Positions 9,764-17,804 of a DNA stretch of 64,000 nucleotides are shown here, in pieces. Position numbers and translations under genes: made by a program. The notes under the pieces are model-generated. The model saw only the letters and a program-made list of their open reading frames with translations. It was not told where the DNA came from and searched no databases. Every line of letters starts with the position of its first letter. Position 1 is the first letter of the stretch. The stretch is from sequence record MH595538.1. One strand, written 5' to 3'.

Positions 9764-10633
9764 ATGAGTGAATACAAAATTAAAGAAGATTTTAAAATGT
9801 ACATCGGTGCAGTAGACGATCCAGAAAGAGCCACTCAGTTCGATGCACGCGCAGTCATTGCGATCATCGTATTGATTGTTGGCGTTATTGGCGGAATTCT
9901 TATGATGCATGTTAACAACATTAATAAGGAACATACTGCTGCCCTTGATGAATATCGCACTGCATTCATTAAGGACTTGGAATATATGCAGAACGCTTAT
10001 GATCTTAGATTAGCAGAAGAGCTTGCTGCTCAAAAACAAAGATTAACTTCTCCGGTTTTGTATAAGCCAAATATGTCTTTGTCTGATAATCAAAACTCGC
10101 TTTGCTTAGCCATAATGCTTTTTGGTGAAGAACGCATGGGCAGTGAAACGGATATGGTTAAGATCGCACAGTCTATTGTAATGCGAGCAGAAGACGAACG
10201 ATGGGGTAGTAATGCTTGCATGGTAATCTCTGAAGGACAAGGTACGCAATACTCTTCAATGGGTCCTTATCTAACAGATATCAAAGATATCGTCTGGGGA
10301 GAAATCAGTGACTTTACTCCGGCGCTAGCCAAAACAAATGCTCAAGAAATGCAGGCATGGAAACGAATCAAAAAGATTGCTTATGATGTAGTAGATGGCA
10401 ACTACCCTTTGCTTACTAAAGCAAACCATTTTATCTCGCTTAAAGAACTTAAAGAGATTAAGAAATGGATTCGTAACCTACGAGTTGTGGGTTACACGTC
10501 AGGCCATGTACTTCTGATTGATTACGAGTATGATACTGAAGGCCAACGCATTATCTATACTGCTGAGAGTCCTTATTCACAAAAACGCTTTAATGAAGAT
10601 AGCTGGGAGGATTTTGATCATGGACTGGAATAG
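9764..10633 (+). CDS. Membrane-anchored SleB/Hydrolase_2-like cell-wall hydrolase
   Basis: TM segment AVIAIIVLIVGVIGGILMM, then CLAIMLFGEER...IVMRAEDERWG...CMVI...QYS, matching the SleB-type fold with its catalytic Glu. Confidence 0.75.
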   Translation: MSEYKIKEDFKMYIGAVDDPERATQFDARAVIAIIVLIVGVIGGILMMHVNNINKEHTAALDEYRTAFIKDLEYMQNAYDLRLAEELAAQKQRLTSPVLYKPNMSLSDNQNSLCLAIMLFGEERMGSETDMVKIAQSIVMRAEDERWGSNACMVISEGQGTQYSSMGPYLTDIKDIVWGEISDFTPALAKTNAQEMQAWKRIKKIAYDVVDGNYPLLTKANHFISLKELKEIKKWIRNLRVVGYTSGHVLLIDYEYDTEGQRIIYTAESPYSQKRFNEDSWEDFDHGLE

Positions 10634-11036
10634 CATTCTTTCATTCTATTATGAACTATCGGTCGGCCCGGCGACCGGAGAGATGTCATTTACCTCACGC
10701 ACTATCATACTGCTGACGATAATATCGATTACGATGTTCGCATTTATCTTCACTGATGTGAGAGTGGATGGACTGAATCAAGTCGACGTCTTTCATAAAG
10801 AAGTGAAAATGCTTGTTATGGGCACTTATTGCGGAATAGCCATTATTCTTTTTATACTCTGTCATTTATTACTGCCTAGGGCAGGAATAGCAATATTGAT
10901 GTATTCCTCGTATTGTTGGTATGTCAACATCGTCTTTAGTAAGCAATCCAAGCATGATCGACTAGGAAAGGCAATGGCAGATTTCACTGCTTGTGCAATT
11001 TTATATTGCATTGCAACTTATCTTTTAAATTCATAG
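10620..11036 (+). CDS. Multi-pass membrane protein
   Basis: About four hydrophobic segments. Start moved to ATG 10620 (GGAGG RBS). Confidence 0.7.
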   Translation: MDWNSILSFYYELSVGPATGEMSFTSRTIILLTIISITMFAFIFTDVRVDGLNQVDVFHKEVKMLVMGTYCGIAIILFILCHLLLPRAGIAILMYSSYCWYVNIVFSKQSKHDRLGKAMADFTACAILYCIATYLLNS

Positions 11037-11055
11037 CATATCATCTGGAGGATGT

Positions 11056-11379
11056 ATGTTTACAACAGATCCGTTTACAACACTGATATTCTTCTTGTGG
11101 TCTTTAGGCATGATCTTTTATAGATTCTGGCTAGGTGAAGCAACGAAGGATTATCAAGCCTGTGATACATGGCTCATTACAGCATGTCTATTAGGTTTTG
11201 TAGCGTCATTAATTATCGGCGCTGAGCAGTACATCCAGATCCAGGCTATGTTCTTTGCAGGACTATTAGCGACCTTTGCATTAGTTGAATTGCCGAGATG
11301 TCATCCTTGGTATAAAACTAAAGTTCTTTTGGGGAGTTCAGGTCCGGTTGTCCTTTTCACAATTTTAATTATAATATGA
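11056..11379 (+). CDS. Multi-pass membrane protein
   Basis: 107 aa with about four hydrophobic segments and a GGAGG RBS. Confidence 0.7.
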   Translation: MFTTDPFTTLIFFLWSLGMIFYRFWLGEATKDYQACDTWLITACLLGFVASLIIGAEQYIQIQAMFFAGLLATFALVELPRCHPWYKTKVLLGSSGPVVLFTILIII

Positions 11380-11401
11380 GATTATTATCAAGGAATTCAA
11401 A

Positions 11402-11806
11402 ATGGAAAATCTTTTAATGTTCGAAAATATACTCCAGCTCAACACAGCAATCGGATGTATAGCTTTCATTATGTCAGGAGCAGCTGCGTGGTGGACCTTT
11501 CATGATCCTTTATTCAAACATCCTATTTGTAGAGCGCCTTTCTTAAGTGGGTTTATTGGCTTTGTCGCAATGTGGCATTTGGTGTTTAATGAGGAACTGA
11601 ATGGAATTCAATTCATTCTGGTGCTCTCTAGTATCATCTTCATGGTGGTAACTGGACTCAATCATCAGTCTGCTGCTACTAAGGTCATGGTCAATAGCCC
11701 TAGTAGTGTAAGTAGATATCATTTCTATATGACAGAAGCCATCCTCATCGGTTATCTGTTAACGAAGGCAGTATTGATTTATGCCTTGTTCACTAATGCA
11801 TTTTAA
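11402..11806 (+). CDS. Multi-pass membrane protein
   Basis: 134 aa with about four hydrophobic segments and an AAGGA RBS. Confidence 0.7.
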   Translation: MENLLMFENILQLNTAIGCIAFIMSGAAAWWTFHDPLFKHPICRAPFLSGFIGFVAMWHLVFNEELNGIQFILVLSSIIFMVVTGLNHQSAATKVMVNSPSSVSRYHFYMTEAILIGYLLTKAVLIYALFTNAF

Positions 11807-11816
11807 GGTATAGGTA

Positions 11817-12260
11817 ATGCAAAAGTTTAAGACAAACTTTATTCGAACACTGATGGCTCGAGACATTAATAAAATGGTCATTCTTTCAGGCAATGAAGGA
11901 ATGGTTATTGTTAATGATGAGTTAGTCGCACAGGAACAACCAGGCGACGTCAGAAAGGAAGTACTCGACATGGCAGTTGGTCACTTGACTCAGTATAATA
12001 AGGAATGGACAGTAAGTTTGTATGTGCATCACACGGGCGATGATCCAGTAGGATTTAGAAATGTCGTTAAACACATTAAAGATATTCCCTTGCCTGAAAT
12101 ACACCATCATCTTTCATTGATTGCCGACGAAACAGCTATTGCAATGGGAGGTCAGGTAACGGATATCAGATATGCATTATGGTACGGTAAACAGGATACG
12201 GATCGCATTCATGTGGATTCAATCGGTTTGCTTATGAAACATAATGTGATTAAAAGTTGA
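11817..12260 (+). CDS. Hypothetical protein
   Basis: 147-aa ORF in operon context. Confidence 0.6.
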   Translation: MQKFKTNFIRTLMARDINKMVILSGNEGMVIVNDELVAQEQPGDVRKEVLDMAVGHLTQYNKEWTVSLYVHHTGDDPVGFRNVVKHIKDIPLPEIHHHLSLIADETAIAMGGQVTDIRYALWYGKQDTDRIHVDSIGLLMKHNVIKS

Positions 12261-12272
12261 GGTTCAACGGAA

Positions 12273-12296
12273 TTTCAGATCTATATTATCTAGGTG
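12273..12296 (+). promoter_or_regulatory. Candidate early promoter
   Basis: TTT-CAGAT-CTATATTATC-TAG-GTG. Confidence 0.6.
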
Positions 12297-12385
12297 AGTG
12301 TACTTGAATAAAGTATCTTAATCGTTTTAGAGTGAGCCAATATACCCTGGCCATGCGGCCAGGGTATACTTTAACTATTTTTTAT
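12297..12385 (+). ncRNA. Candidate short non-coding RNA (promoter directly followed by a terminator)
   Basis: No ORF between the early motif and the strong hairpin at 12341-12368. Boundaries are approximate. Confidence 0.3.
12341..12368 (+). terminator. Intrinsic terminator
   Basis: TATACCCTGGCC-ATGC-GGCCAGGGTATA, 12-bp stem followed by T-rich sequence. Confidence 0.8.
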
Positions 12386-12461
12386 TTATGTCTTTGAAAT
12401 GCATATTTACTTTAAAAGTATTTATCTTAAAGACATGACCTATTCAAAAGGAATCATTATT

Positions 12462-12734
12462 ATGTTCGCATTCATCAAAAACACAGTAAAAGCTATCGGT
12501 CAATTCCTATCAGGCGCAGTAAGTGCTGCAAAGAACATCGTAGGCACAATCTTTAACTTTCTACCAGAACCTGTAAAACCAGTTGTTATGTGGGTTATTT
12601 CAACAGCGCTAATGTTTGTTGCATTGACTTTCATCGCAGCTTACGCATTTGCAATCGTCGCTTTTGTAATCGCCGTACTTGTATTTTCATTAATCGCAGC
12701 TGCAATCGCAAACGTTGTTAAAATGTTTATTTAA
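12462..12734 (+). CDS. Small membrane protein with an amphipathic N-helix (MFAF leader)
   Basis: Start at ATG 12462 after an AAAGGA RBS. Amphipathic helix followed by a long hydrophobic stretch. Confidence 0.7.
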   Translation: MFAFIKNTVKAIGQFLSGAVSAAKNIVGTIFNFLPEPVKPVVMWVISTALMFVALTFIAAYAFAIVAFVIAVLVFSLIAAAIANVVKMFI

Positions 12735-12764
12735 TCTCTAGATAAATCAAAAGGAAACAATATT

Positions 12765-13310
12765 ATGTTTAAATTTCTAGAATCTAAATTCAAGTCTTTT
12801 GTTAAAGCTTGCGGTAAAGCAATCCGTGATGCACGTGATTGGTTATTCGATGTCGCTGCTGTGAGAGTATTCGAAGTAGCTAGTAAAGTACTATTTAACA
12901 GCAATGCCATTTTCATCTTCTATATGGCATGCATTGTGTTACCCGTATCAGTTGCGACAGGTCTACTAATGGCGATTATTGAAGTTACGGCTCCTATTCT
13001 AGTATTGCCAGCTGCCTTACTGATGATGTTCGTTACTCAGAATATCTTCGCTTATGCAGTTCGTACTCTACTGCGTGATGTTCCAAATTTGATGGCTCGC
13101 GCTTACTTGAAAATGCTTAGTAAGCAGTTCGGTAAAGAAAACGTACGTGCTGCATTGAAAGAAGCAGGTCTTACAATGAAGTTTGTAATGGGTATTGCCA
13201 GCCTTAAAGAAATGCGTGCTGCTTACTACCAGCTAAAAGAAATGTTGTCAGCCCAAGAAGCACCGCATCCAGAATTCGATTGTTTCCTACAGCTGGAGCT
13301 AGCGGCATAA
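12765..13310 (+). CDS. Membrane protein with an amphipathic N-helix (MFKF leader)
   Basis: 181 aa with two hydrophobic segments after the amphipathic leader. AAAGGA RBS. Confidence 0.7.
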   Translation: MFKFLESKFKSFVKACGKAIRDARDWLFDVAAVRVFEVASKVLFNSNAIFIFYMACIVLPVSVATGLLMAIIEVTAPILVLPAALLMMFVTQNIFAYAVRTLLRDVPNLMARAYLKMLSKQFGKENVRAALKEAGLTMKFVMGIASLKEMRAAYYQLKEMLSAQEAPHPEFDCFLQLELAA

Positions 13311-13329
13311 GCACTCTAAAGGAGGACTT

Positions 13330-13479
13330 ATGTTCTTGTTTAAAAAAATAAAAGAGGAGCTTAAGCATTTATGGGACGATTATGTCGTCCCATTCTCTAA
13401 GCTATTCCTGCGTGCTTGGAAAGATAAGATTGAGCACGGAAAACAAAACTATTGTGCGGATACTCCGCAAGAACCCTAA
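13330..13479 (+). CDS. 49-aa amphipathic peptide, missing from the ORF track
   Basis: GGAGGA RBS, then MFLFKKIKEELKHLWDDYVVPFSKLFLRAWKDKIEHGKQNYCADTPQEP*. Fills the gap between its neighbours. Confidence 0.7.
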   Translation: MFLFKKIKEELKHLWDDYVVPFSKLFLRAWKDKIEHGKQNYCADTPQEP

Positions 13480-13491
13480 AAGGAAAATACC

Positions 13492-13956
13492 ATGTTTAAG
13501 TTTCTTAATGTAATTAAAGACAAAGCAATTCAATTTGGTGAGTTCATCAAAGAAAAAGCACAACAAGCCAAAGATTGGTTTATGCGATTGATTGACAAAG
13601 AAAAAGCAGAAGCGACGGTTGACGAAGGCGAGGATATCAAAGAAGACGATCCTGATGCTGAAGAAAAAGCGAAAGACATCGATTCTCAAATTGCTGACCT
13701 AGAAGAACTAGCGCTTAAAGAAAACAATGCTGAATTAGCAACTAACGTTCTTCGTATCATCGCCGATCTTAAGAAGCTAGAGACTTTAGATGATCAAGAT
13801 AAGCGTCTGCTTCAAGCCGCACTAAAGACATGTCTAAATCCTAGCGACCAGGACTATCGCGATGCAGCATTGCTTTCAGGCACTGTAGAAAATGTACAGA
13901 CTGCAGATGATGTTTGTGCAATGCTCATTGAAATGGACGGCAAGAAAGATAACTAG
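13492..13956 (+). CDS. Helical acidic protein with an amphipathic N-helix (MFKF leader)
   Basis: 154 aa, AAAGGA RBS. Confidence 0.7.
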   Translation: MFKFLNVIKDKAIQFGEFIKEKAQQAKDWFMRLIDKEKAEATVDEGEDIKEDDPDAEEKAKDIDSQIADLEELALKENNAELATNVLRIIADLKKLETLDDQDKRLLQAALKTCLNPSDQDYRDAALLSGTVENVQTADDVCAMLIEMDGKKDN

Positions 13957-14033
13957 AGTATATTATAGAGGCAACTGTATAGGAGCCTCGTTAATATATT
14001 TTGGTTATTTCTATAAAACAGGAAAATAATATT

Positions 14034-14573
14034 ATGTTATTCAAATTCAATAAAGATAAATTAATTTCCGATATCGAGGAAGTTCTAGTTCCCATGCGGG
14101 AACAAGAAAGACTCTTCTATGGCCGAGCTATTGGGATATTAGATTCTTTTAGCGCTAGGTTAATGTTTGAAGATGATGATGTTATTCACTGGACGGAAAG
14201 GGCCAGAGAACTCGCCTTTTGTAGAACGGACGCCACGGCTGTCGCGTATAAACTTTTACACGAAGAAATTATCCGCAAGATGCCTGAAGATGTAGCCGAT
14301 GCATTTTTTAAAGTAGAAAAGGGAGTTATCAAAATAGGTTTTATTCCTGAAGAATTGACGGATTTATCATGGTCAACTGAGCGGATGCTCCATGTCATGG
14401 AATGGGGACCGTATATTCTTATTGCCATTCCAGATTGTGAAAGTAAGAATCGTGAGACTATCCTTGAACTTAAAAGAATGTTAGATCAGATTTCAATAAG
14501 TGAAGAAGCAGAATCAGTTTACCTGACTTATGAAGAAGTACTTTCATTGAAAAACAAAACCGTAAGAGTTTAA
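14034..14573 (+). CDS. Hypothetical protein (MLFKF leader)
   Basis: Start moved to ATG 14034 (CAGGA RBS). Confidence 0.6.
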   Translation: MLFKFNKDKLISDIEEVLVPMREQERLFYGRAIGILDSFSARLMFEDDDVIHWTERARELAFCRTDATAVAYKLLHEEIIRKMPEDVADAFFKVEKGVIKIGFIPEELTDLSWSTERMLHVMEWGPYILIAIPDCESKNRETILELKRMLDQISISEEAESVYLTYEEVLSLKNKTVRV

Positions 14574-14592
14574 ACCAAAAGGAGTCATTATA

Positions 14593-14958
14593 ATGGCACA
14601 ATCAGCAAAGAAGAAAACTAACACAGCACCTGCAGTACGTCCTTTAAATGAGAAGTCTGTTCAAGTACATCTCATTAAACTATTGATGTTACTGCGTAAA
14701 GACAAGGTGACATTGTCTCGTTTCCTATACCTTACCATTCTGGATCGATTTCAAGACACAGGCGTTTATGTCTACGAACTGATGGCATGGTATCAATCTT
14801 ACACTGGTGAGAAGCTTGCTTATCAAACAGTGATCGCGATGCTAAACCGCATGGCAAAAGAAAACGAAGTGGTTAAATCTAAAGACGGGAAATACACTGT
14901 ATACCGTCTTAGTCTACCAGGTCGTCGCCGTCTAGATAAAATGAACAAAGCCTACTGA
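14593..14958 (+). CDS. Winged-helix DNA-binding protein (PadR/BlaI/MarR-like)
   Basis: ILDRF...YVYELMAWY...LAYQTVIAMLNRMAKENEVVKSKDGKYTVYRLS: helix-turn-helix followed by a beta-wing. Confidence 0.7.
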   Translation: MAQSAKKKTNTAPAVRPLNEKSVQVHLIKLLMLLRKDKVTLSRFLYLTILDRFQDTGVYVYELMAWYQSYTGEKLAYQTVIAMLNRMAKENEVVKSKDGKYTVYRLSLPGRRRLDKMNKAY

Positions 14959-14973
14959 TTGAATTCAAAATAA

Positions 14974-14997
14974 TTTGAGTTCTATATAACCATGATG
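14974..14997 (+). promoter_or_regulatory. Candidate early promoter
   Basis: TTT-GAGTT-CTATATAACC-ATG-ATG upstream of the YadA-like gene. Confidence 0.55.
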
Positions 14998-15059
14998 ATT
15001 CTACATAAGTAGATTCGGATTTTAAATTGAAAACAAAGTGAAAACCACAGGAGATTACC

Positions 15060-16100
15060 ATGAACTTCACTAAAAACGCAATCGTACTTTCAGTAACTCT
15101 AGCTCTATCTGCGCCTGCACTAGCTGCACTCGATCCTGAAGTACAGGCAGCGATAGATAACGTAAGCGACAATATTAACCAGGTGGTGTTACATTCGGCT
15201 ACCCAGGACACTAAGATCACAACCAACACGAACGACATCTCTGCAATAGAAGCAGACGTCACGGTTCTGAAAGATCAACAGCAAAATTTCTCGACCGCGA
15301 TCTCTGGTAACAATGCTCGTTCAATTACCAATGCTTCAAACATCACTGATCTTCAAACTGACATGGGCACCGTTGAAAATCGCCTAAGTTCAGTTGAAAA
15401 TGTGAATGGAATGCAGAGTAATTTGATCAGTAGTAACCGAGGCGATATTGATGCATTGAAGACTACGACTCACGGCCATAGTCAAGACATTGCGTCAACC
15501 AAGACCCAGGTTAATGATTTGGAAGACGAGTTCAATCAGACTAAAGTTCTGATTCAGTCTGATATCGACACTGTTAATTCTAACTCAATAGCGCGTGATA
15601 CTCAGTTAGCTAATACAATTGATGCCGTAGACCAGCATCATACTGATCAGTTGAACGATTACAAAGCTGTTCAGCAAGCAATCGACGCAGGTCAGTATGT
15701 TTCAATTGACGAACTATATGCTCTGAACGATGGCCAGCAAGCACAACTTGACGATCATAGCAATCGCCTTGGCGCTCTAGAGCAATGGAAAACTCAAGCG
15801 GATACTCGCATGAACCAACTAGATAGCCGTATGTCTGGAGTTCTAGCTCAAATGCAAGCATCTGCTAACTCTCGTCCTGATCTAGTAAAAGGCCAAAAAT
15901 TTGGTTTCGGTCTAGGTATGGGCTTTGCAGCCGATGACGCTCGTGCAGTAGCGGCTGGTGCAGCTTACCGTTTCAATGACAACTGGGCAGCAACAGGCAC
16001 CGTAGGCTGGAGTGAATACCAGTACGATGACCTTGTTTCTGGCGAGCGTGAAATGAAAGACGATCTATCTGCAGGCGTTGGTATTCAGTTCGCATACTAA
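15060..16100 (+). CDS. YadA-like trimeric autotransporter adhesin
   Basis: Signal peptide (MNFTKNAIVLSVTLALSAPALA), long polar-core coiled-coil stalk, and C-terminal anchor GVLAQMQASA...FGFGLGMG...AVAAGAAYRFNDNW...LSAGVGIQF. Confidence 0.85.
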   Translation: MNFTKNAIVLSVTLALSAPALAALDPEVQAAIDNVSDNINQVVLHSATQDTKITTNTNDISAIEADVTVLKDQQQNFSTAISGNNARSITNASNITDLQTDMGTVENRLSSVENVNGMQSNLISSNRGDIDALKTTTHGHSQDIASTKTQVNDLEDEFNQTKVLIQSDIDTVNSNSIARDTQLANTIDAVDQHHTDQLNDYKAVQQAIDAGQYVSIDELYALNDGQQAQLDDHSNRLGALEQWKTQADTRMNQLDSRMSGVLAQMQASANSRPDLVKGQKFGFGLGMGFAADDARAVAAGAAYRFNDNWAATGTVGWSEYQYDDLVSGEREMKDDLSAGVGIQFAY

Positions 16101-16122
16101 TTGTAATCTGATCAATCCAAAC

Positions 16123-16150
16123 AGAAAGAGGGGCAAGCGCCCCTCTTTCT
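16123..16150 (+). terminator. Intrinsic terminator
   Basis: AGAAAGAGGGGC-AAGC-GCCCCTCTTTCT. Confidence 0.75.
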
Positions 16151-16194
16151 AACTCTACTCTAAAACAACGTTTATTTTTTATAGGAACTTTATT

Positions 16195-16599
16195 ATGCAC
16201 AAATCAATCTATTCTATCGCATCTCCAGTCTCCAGACATGCAGCTGCTGGCATTACCCCTCATACCTATGCCCCACAGGGCGGCATTGATCCGCTGATGT
16301 CGATGCAGGCACATACGGAGCAACAGGGTCTTCACAGTGCATGGTATGGGATGATGAATCGCCTACGCTTAGAACAATACGCTCAGCATCCGGTAGTCTA
16401 TTTCCGTTTGTCAGGCACCGAAGCGGCAGTGCTTTCGACCATGCTAGGTGGTTTTTCTTTAATGCTGGCACAAGAGGCAAATGCTTCATGTATTATCGAA
16501 GCCGAACAAATCAATGCATTAGAGCAAGTTATCCACTCTGCAAAAATAATTCTAGCTGAGCGAGAAGCAGCTAAAGAACAACTTGAAGCTACAGCATAA
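16195..16599 (+). CDS. Hypothetical protein
   Basis: 134 aa, AGGA RBS. Confidence 0.55.
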   Translation: MHKSIYSIASPVSRHAAAGITPHTYAPQGGIDPLMSMQAHTEQQGLHSAWYGMMNRLRLEQYAQHPVVYFRLSGTEAAVLSTMLGGFSLMLAQEANASCIIEAEQINALEQVIHSAKIILAEREAAKEQLEATA

Positions 16600-16641
16600 T
16601 CTGCTGACTAATCTTAATCACTAAACTCAGGAGTCAATATT

Positions 16642-17058
16642 ATGACCTTTAAAGAAATTACCATAGTCATCACAACCATTCTTCTAACTGTAGCAACTAT
16701 TCTGCTTGTCGGAGAGACTATCCTTTCCCCTTCACTGGAATACTATGATTTGGCGTCGAGTGCCGTATTTACGTATGGCATTTATGTCATTGCTGCACTG
16801 GTATTCTACTTTGGATTTCGAGGACTCCTTCAGGAATCCAATTTTGTAGTCTATAGTTGCCGTGCAATCATCTTTACTTCATTTACAATTATGGGCTATT
16901 TGTCATGGCCGGCAATACTAGGCTGGTTCATGACTAGTGTGGGAATACTGTCTGTGCATATGGGTGTGATTGTCTCAATGTCAGTTGCCGTTGTCTATAT
17001 TGCCTTATTTGAAAAAGTGCGTCAGGTGAATATGCCTAAGCAAGGAGAGTCATCATGA
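16642..17058 (+). CDS. Four-TM membrane protein, paralog of 17055-17465
   Basis: Shares PS(L/F)EYY and WPA(I/L)LG with the next gene. Confidence 0.7.
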   Translation: MTFKEITIVITTILLTVATILLVGETILSPSLEYYDLASSAVFTYGIYVIAALVFYFGFRGLLQESNFVVYSCRAIIFTSFTIMGYLSWPAILGWFMTSVGILSVHMGVIVSMSVAVVYIALFEKVRQVNMPKQGESS

Positions 17059-17465
17059 AACCATCTATCTTTAATGTCGTATCGACGGCAATCGTAATTA
17101 CGTTATCAATCGCGTTCTTCTTTTCGGAATTCCTAATCAAACCATCGTTTGAATACTATGGGATCTATCAATCAGGATTGTTGAGTTATGGCACTTTCTT
17201 CTTGTGCTCAGCAACAACACTTTGCGGATATTTCATCATGGATAATGGCAGTCCAAATGCCAAGCGAATTGGATCAGTCATCATCATGATCATGACATCC
17301 TGCGGGTCATACATTCTCTGGCCTGCTTTGTTAGGTCTCGTAATGGAGAACGTGAGTCTGCTTGTTATTCATTTCATGTCAGTCATGACAATGGTCGCGG
17401 TAGTGATATTCATTCTTAAATGTTTTAATGAAAAAACGATGTGGGAGTTAGAACATGATCGATGA
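17055..17465 (+). CDS. Four-TM membrane protein, paralog of 16642-17058
   Basis: PSFEYY and LWPALLG motifs. ATGA overlap with the upstream gene. Confidence 0.7.
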   Translation: MKPSIFNVVSTAIVITLSIAFFFSEFLIKPSFEYYGIYQSGLLSYGTFFLCSATTLCGYFIMDNGSPNAKRIGSVIIMIMTSCGSYILWPALLGLVMENVSLLVIHFMSVMTMVAVVIFILKCFNEKTMWELEHDR

Positions 17466-17712
17466 GAATCGCTGTATTGGCGAGCAGCTAGCTGACGGCA
17501 TCATCTGTGAAATAAGAGAAGATGAAAAGATTGATCTTGGTAAATTGCGTGCTTTGAAACAAGCACGTAAACAAAAGCAATCAGTTCTATTTCCTCTTGC
17601 CATGTCGGGCACGATGACAATCACTTATGATATCGCGATGATCGCCATTCAAAAACTGCACGATGAAGAAGACATAAGAAAGATCACAGATGCGATATCT
17701 GAGATCCTTTGA
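17455..17712 (+). CDS. Hypothetical protein
   Basis: 85 aa, GGGAG RBS, overlaps the upstream stop codon. Confidence 0.55.
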   Translation: MIDENRCIGEQLADGIICEIREDEKIDLGKLRALKQARKQKQSVLFPLAMSGTMTITYDIAMIAIQKLHDEEDIRKITDAISEIL

Positions 17713-17720
17713 TTGATTAA

Positions 17721-17742
17721 GAGAGTTCCTAATGGGACTCTC
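17721..17742 (+). terminator. Intrinsic terminator
   Basis: GAGAGTTCC-TAAT-GGGACTCTC followed by a T-rich tail. Confidence 0.7.
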
Positions 17743-17804
17743 TCTTCTTCTCGCTTTATTCTTTTTTTACGTTCAGAGAATATCCTGTGAAGAGGAGAAT
17801 TGTT

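Noticed and set aside
13959-13966. TATATTAT as a fifth early promoter
   Set aside because: It lacks the leading C, the TTT-N5 spacing and the downstream RTG found in the four accepted copies.
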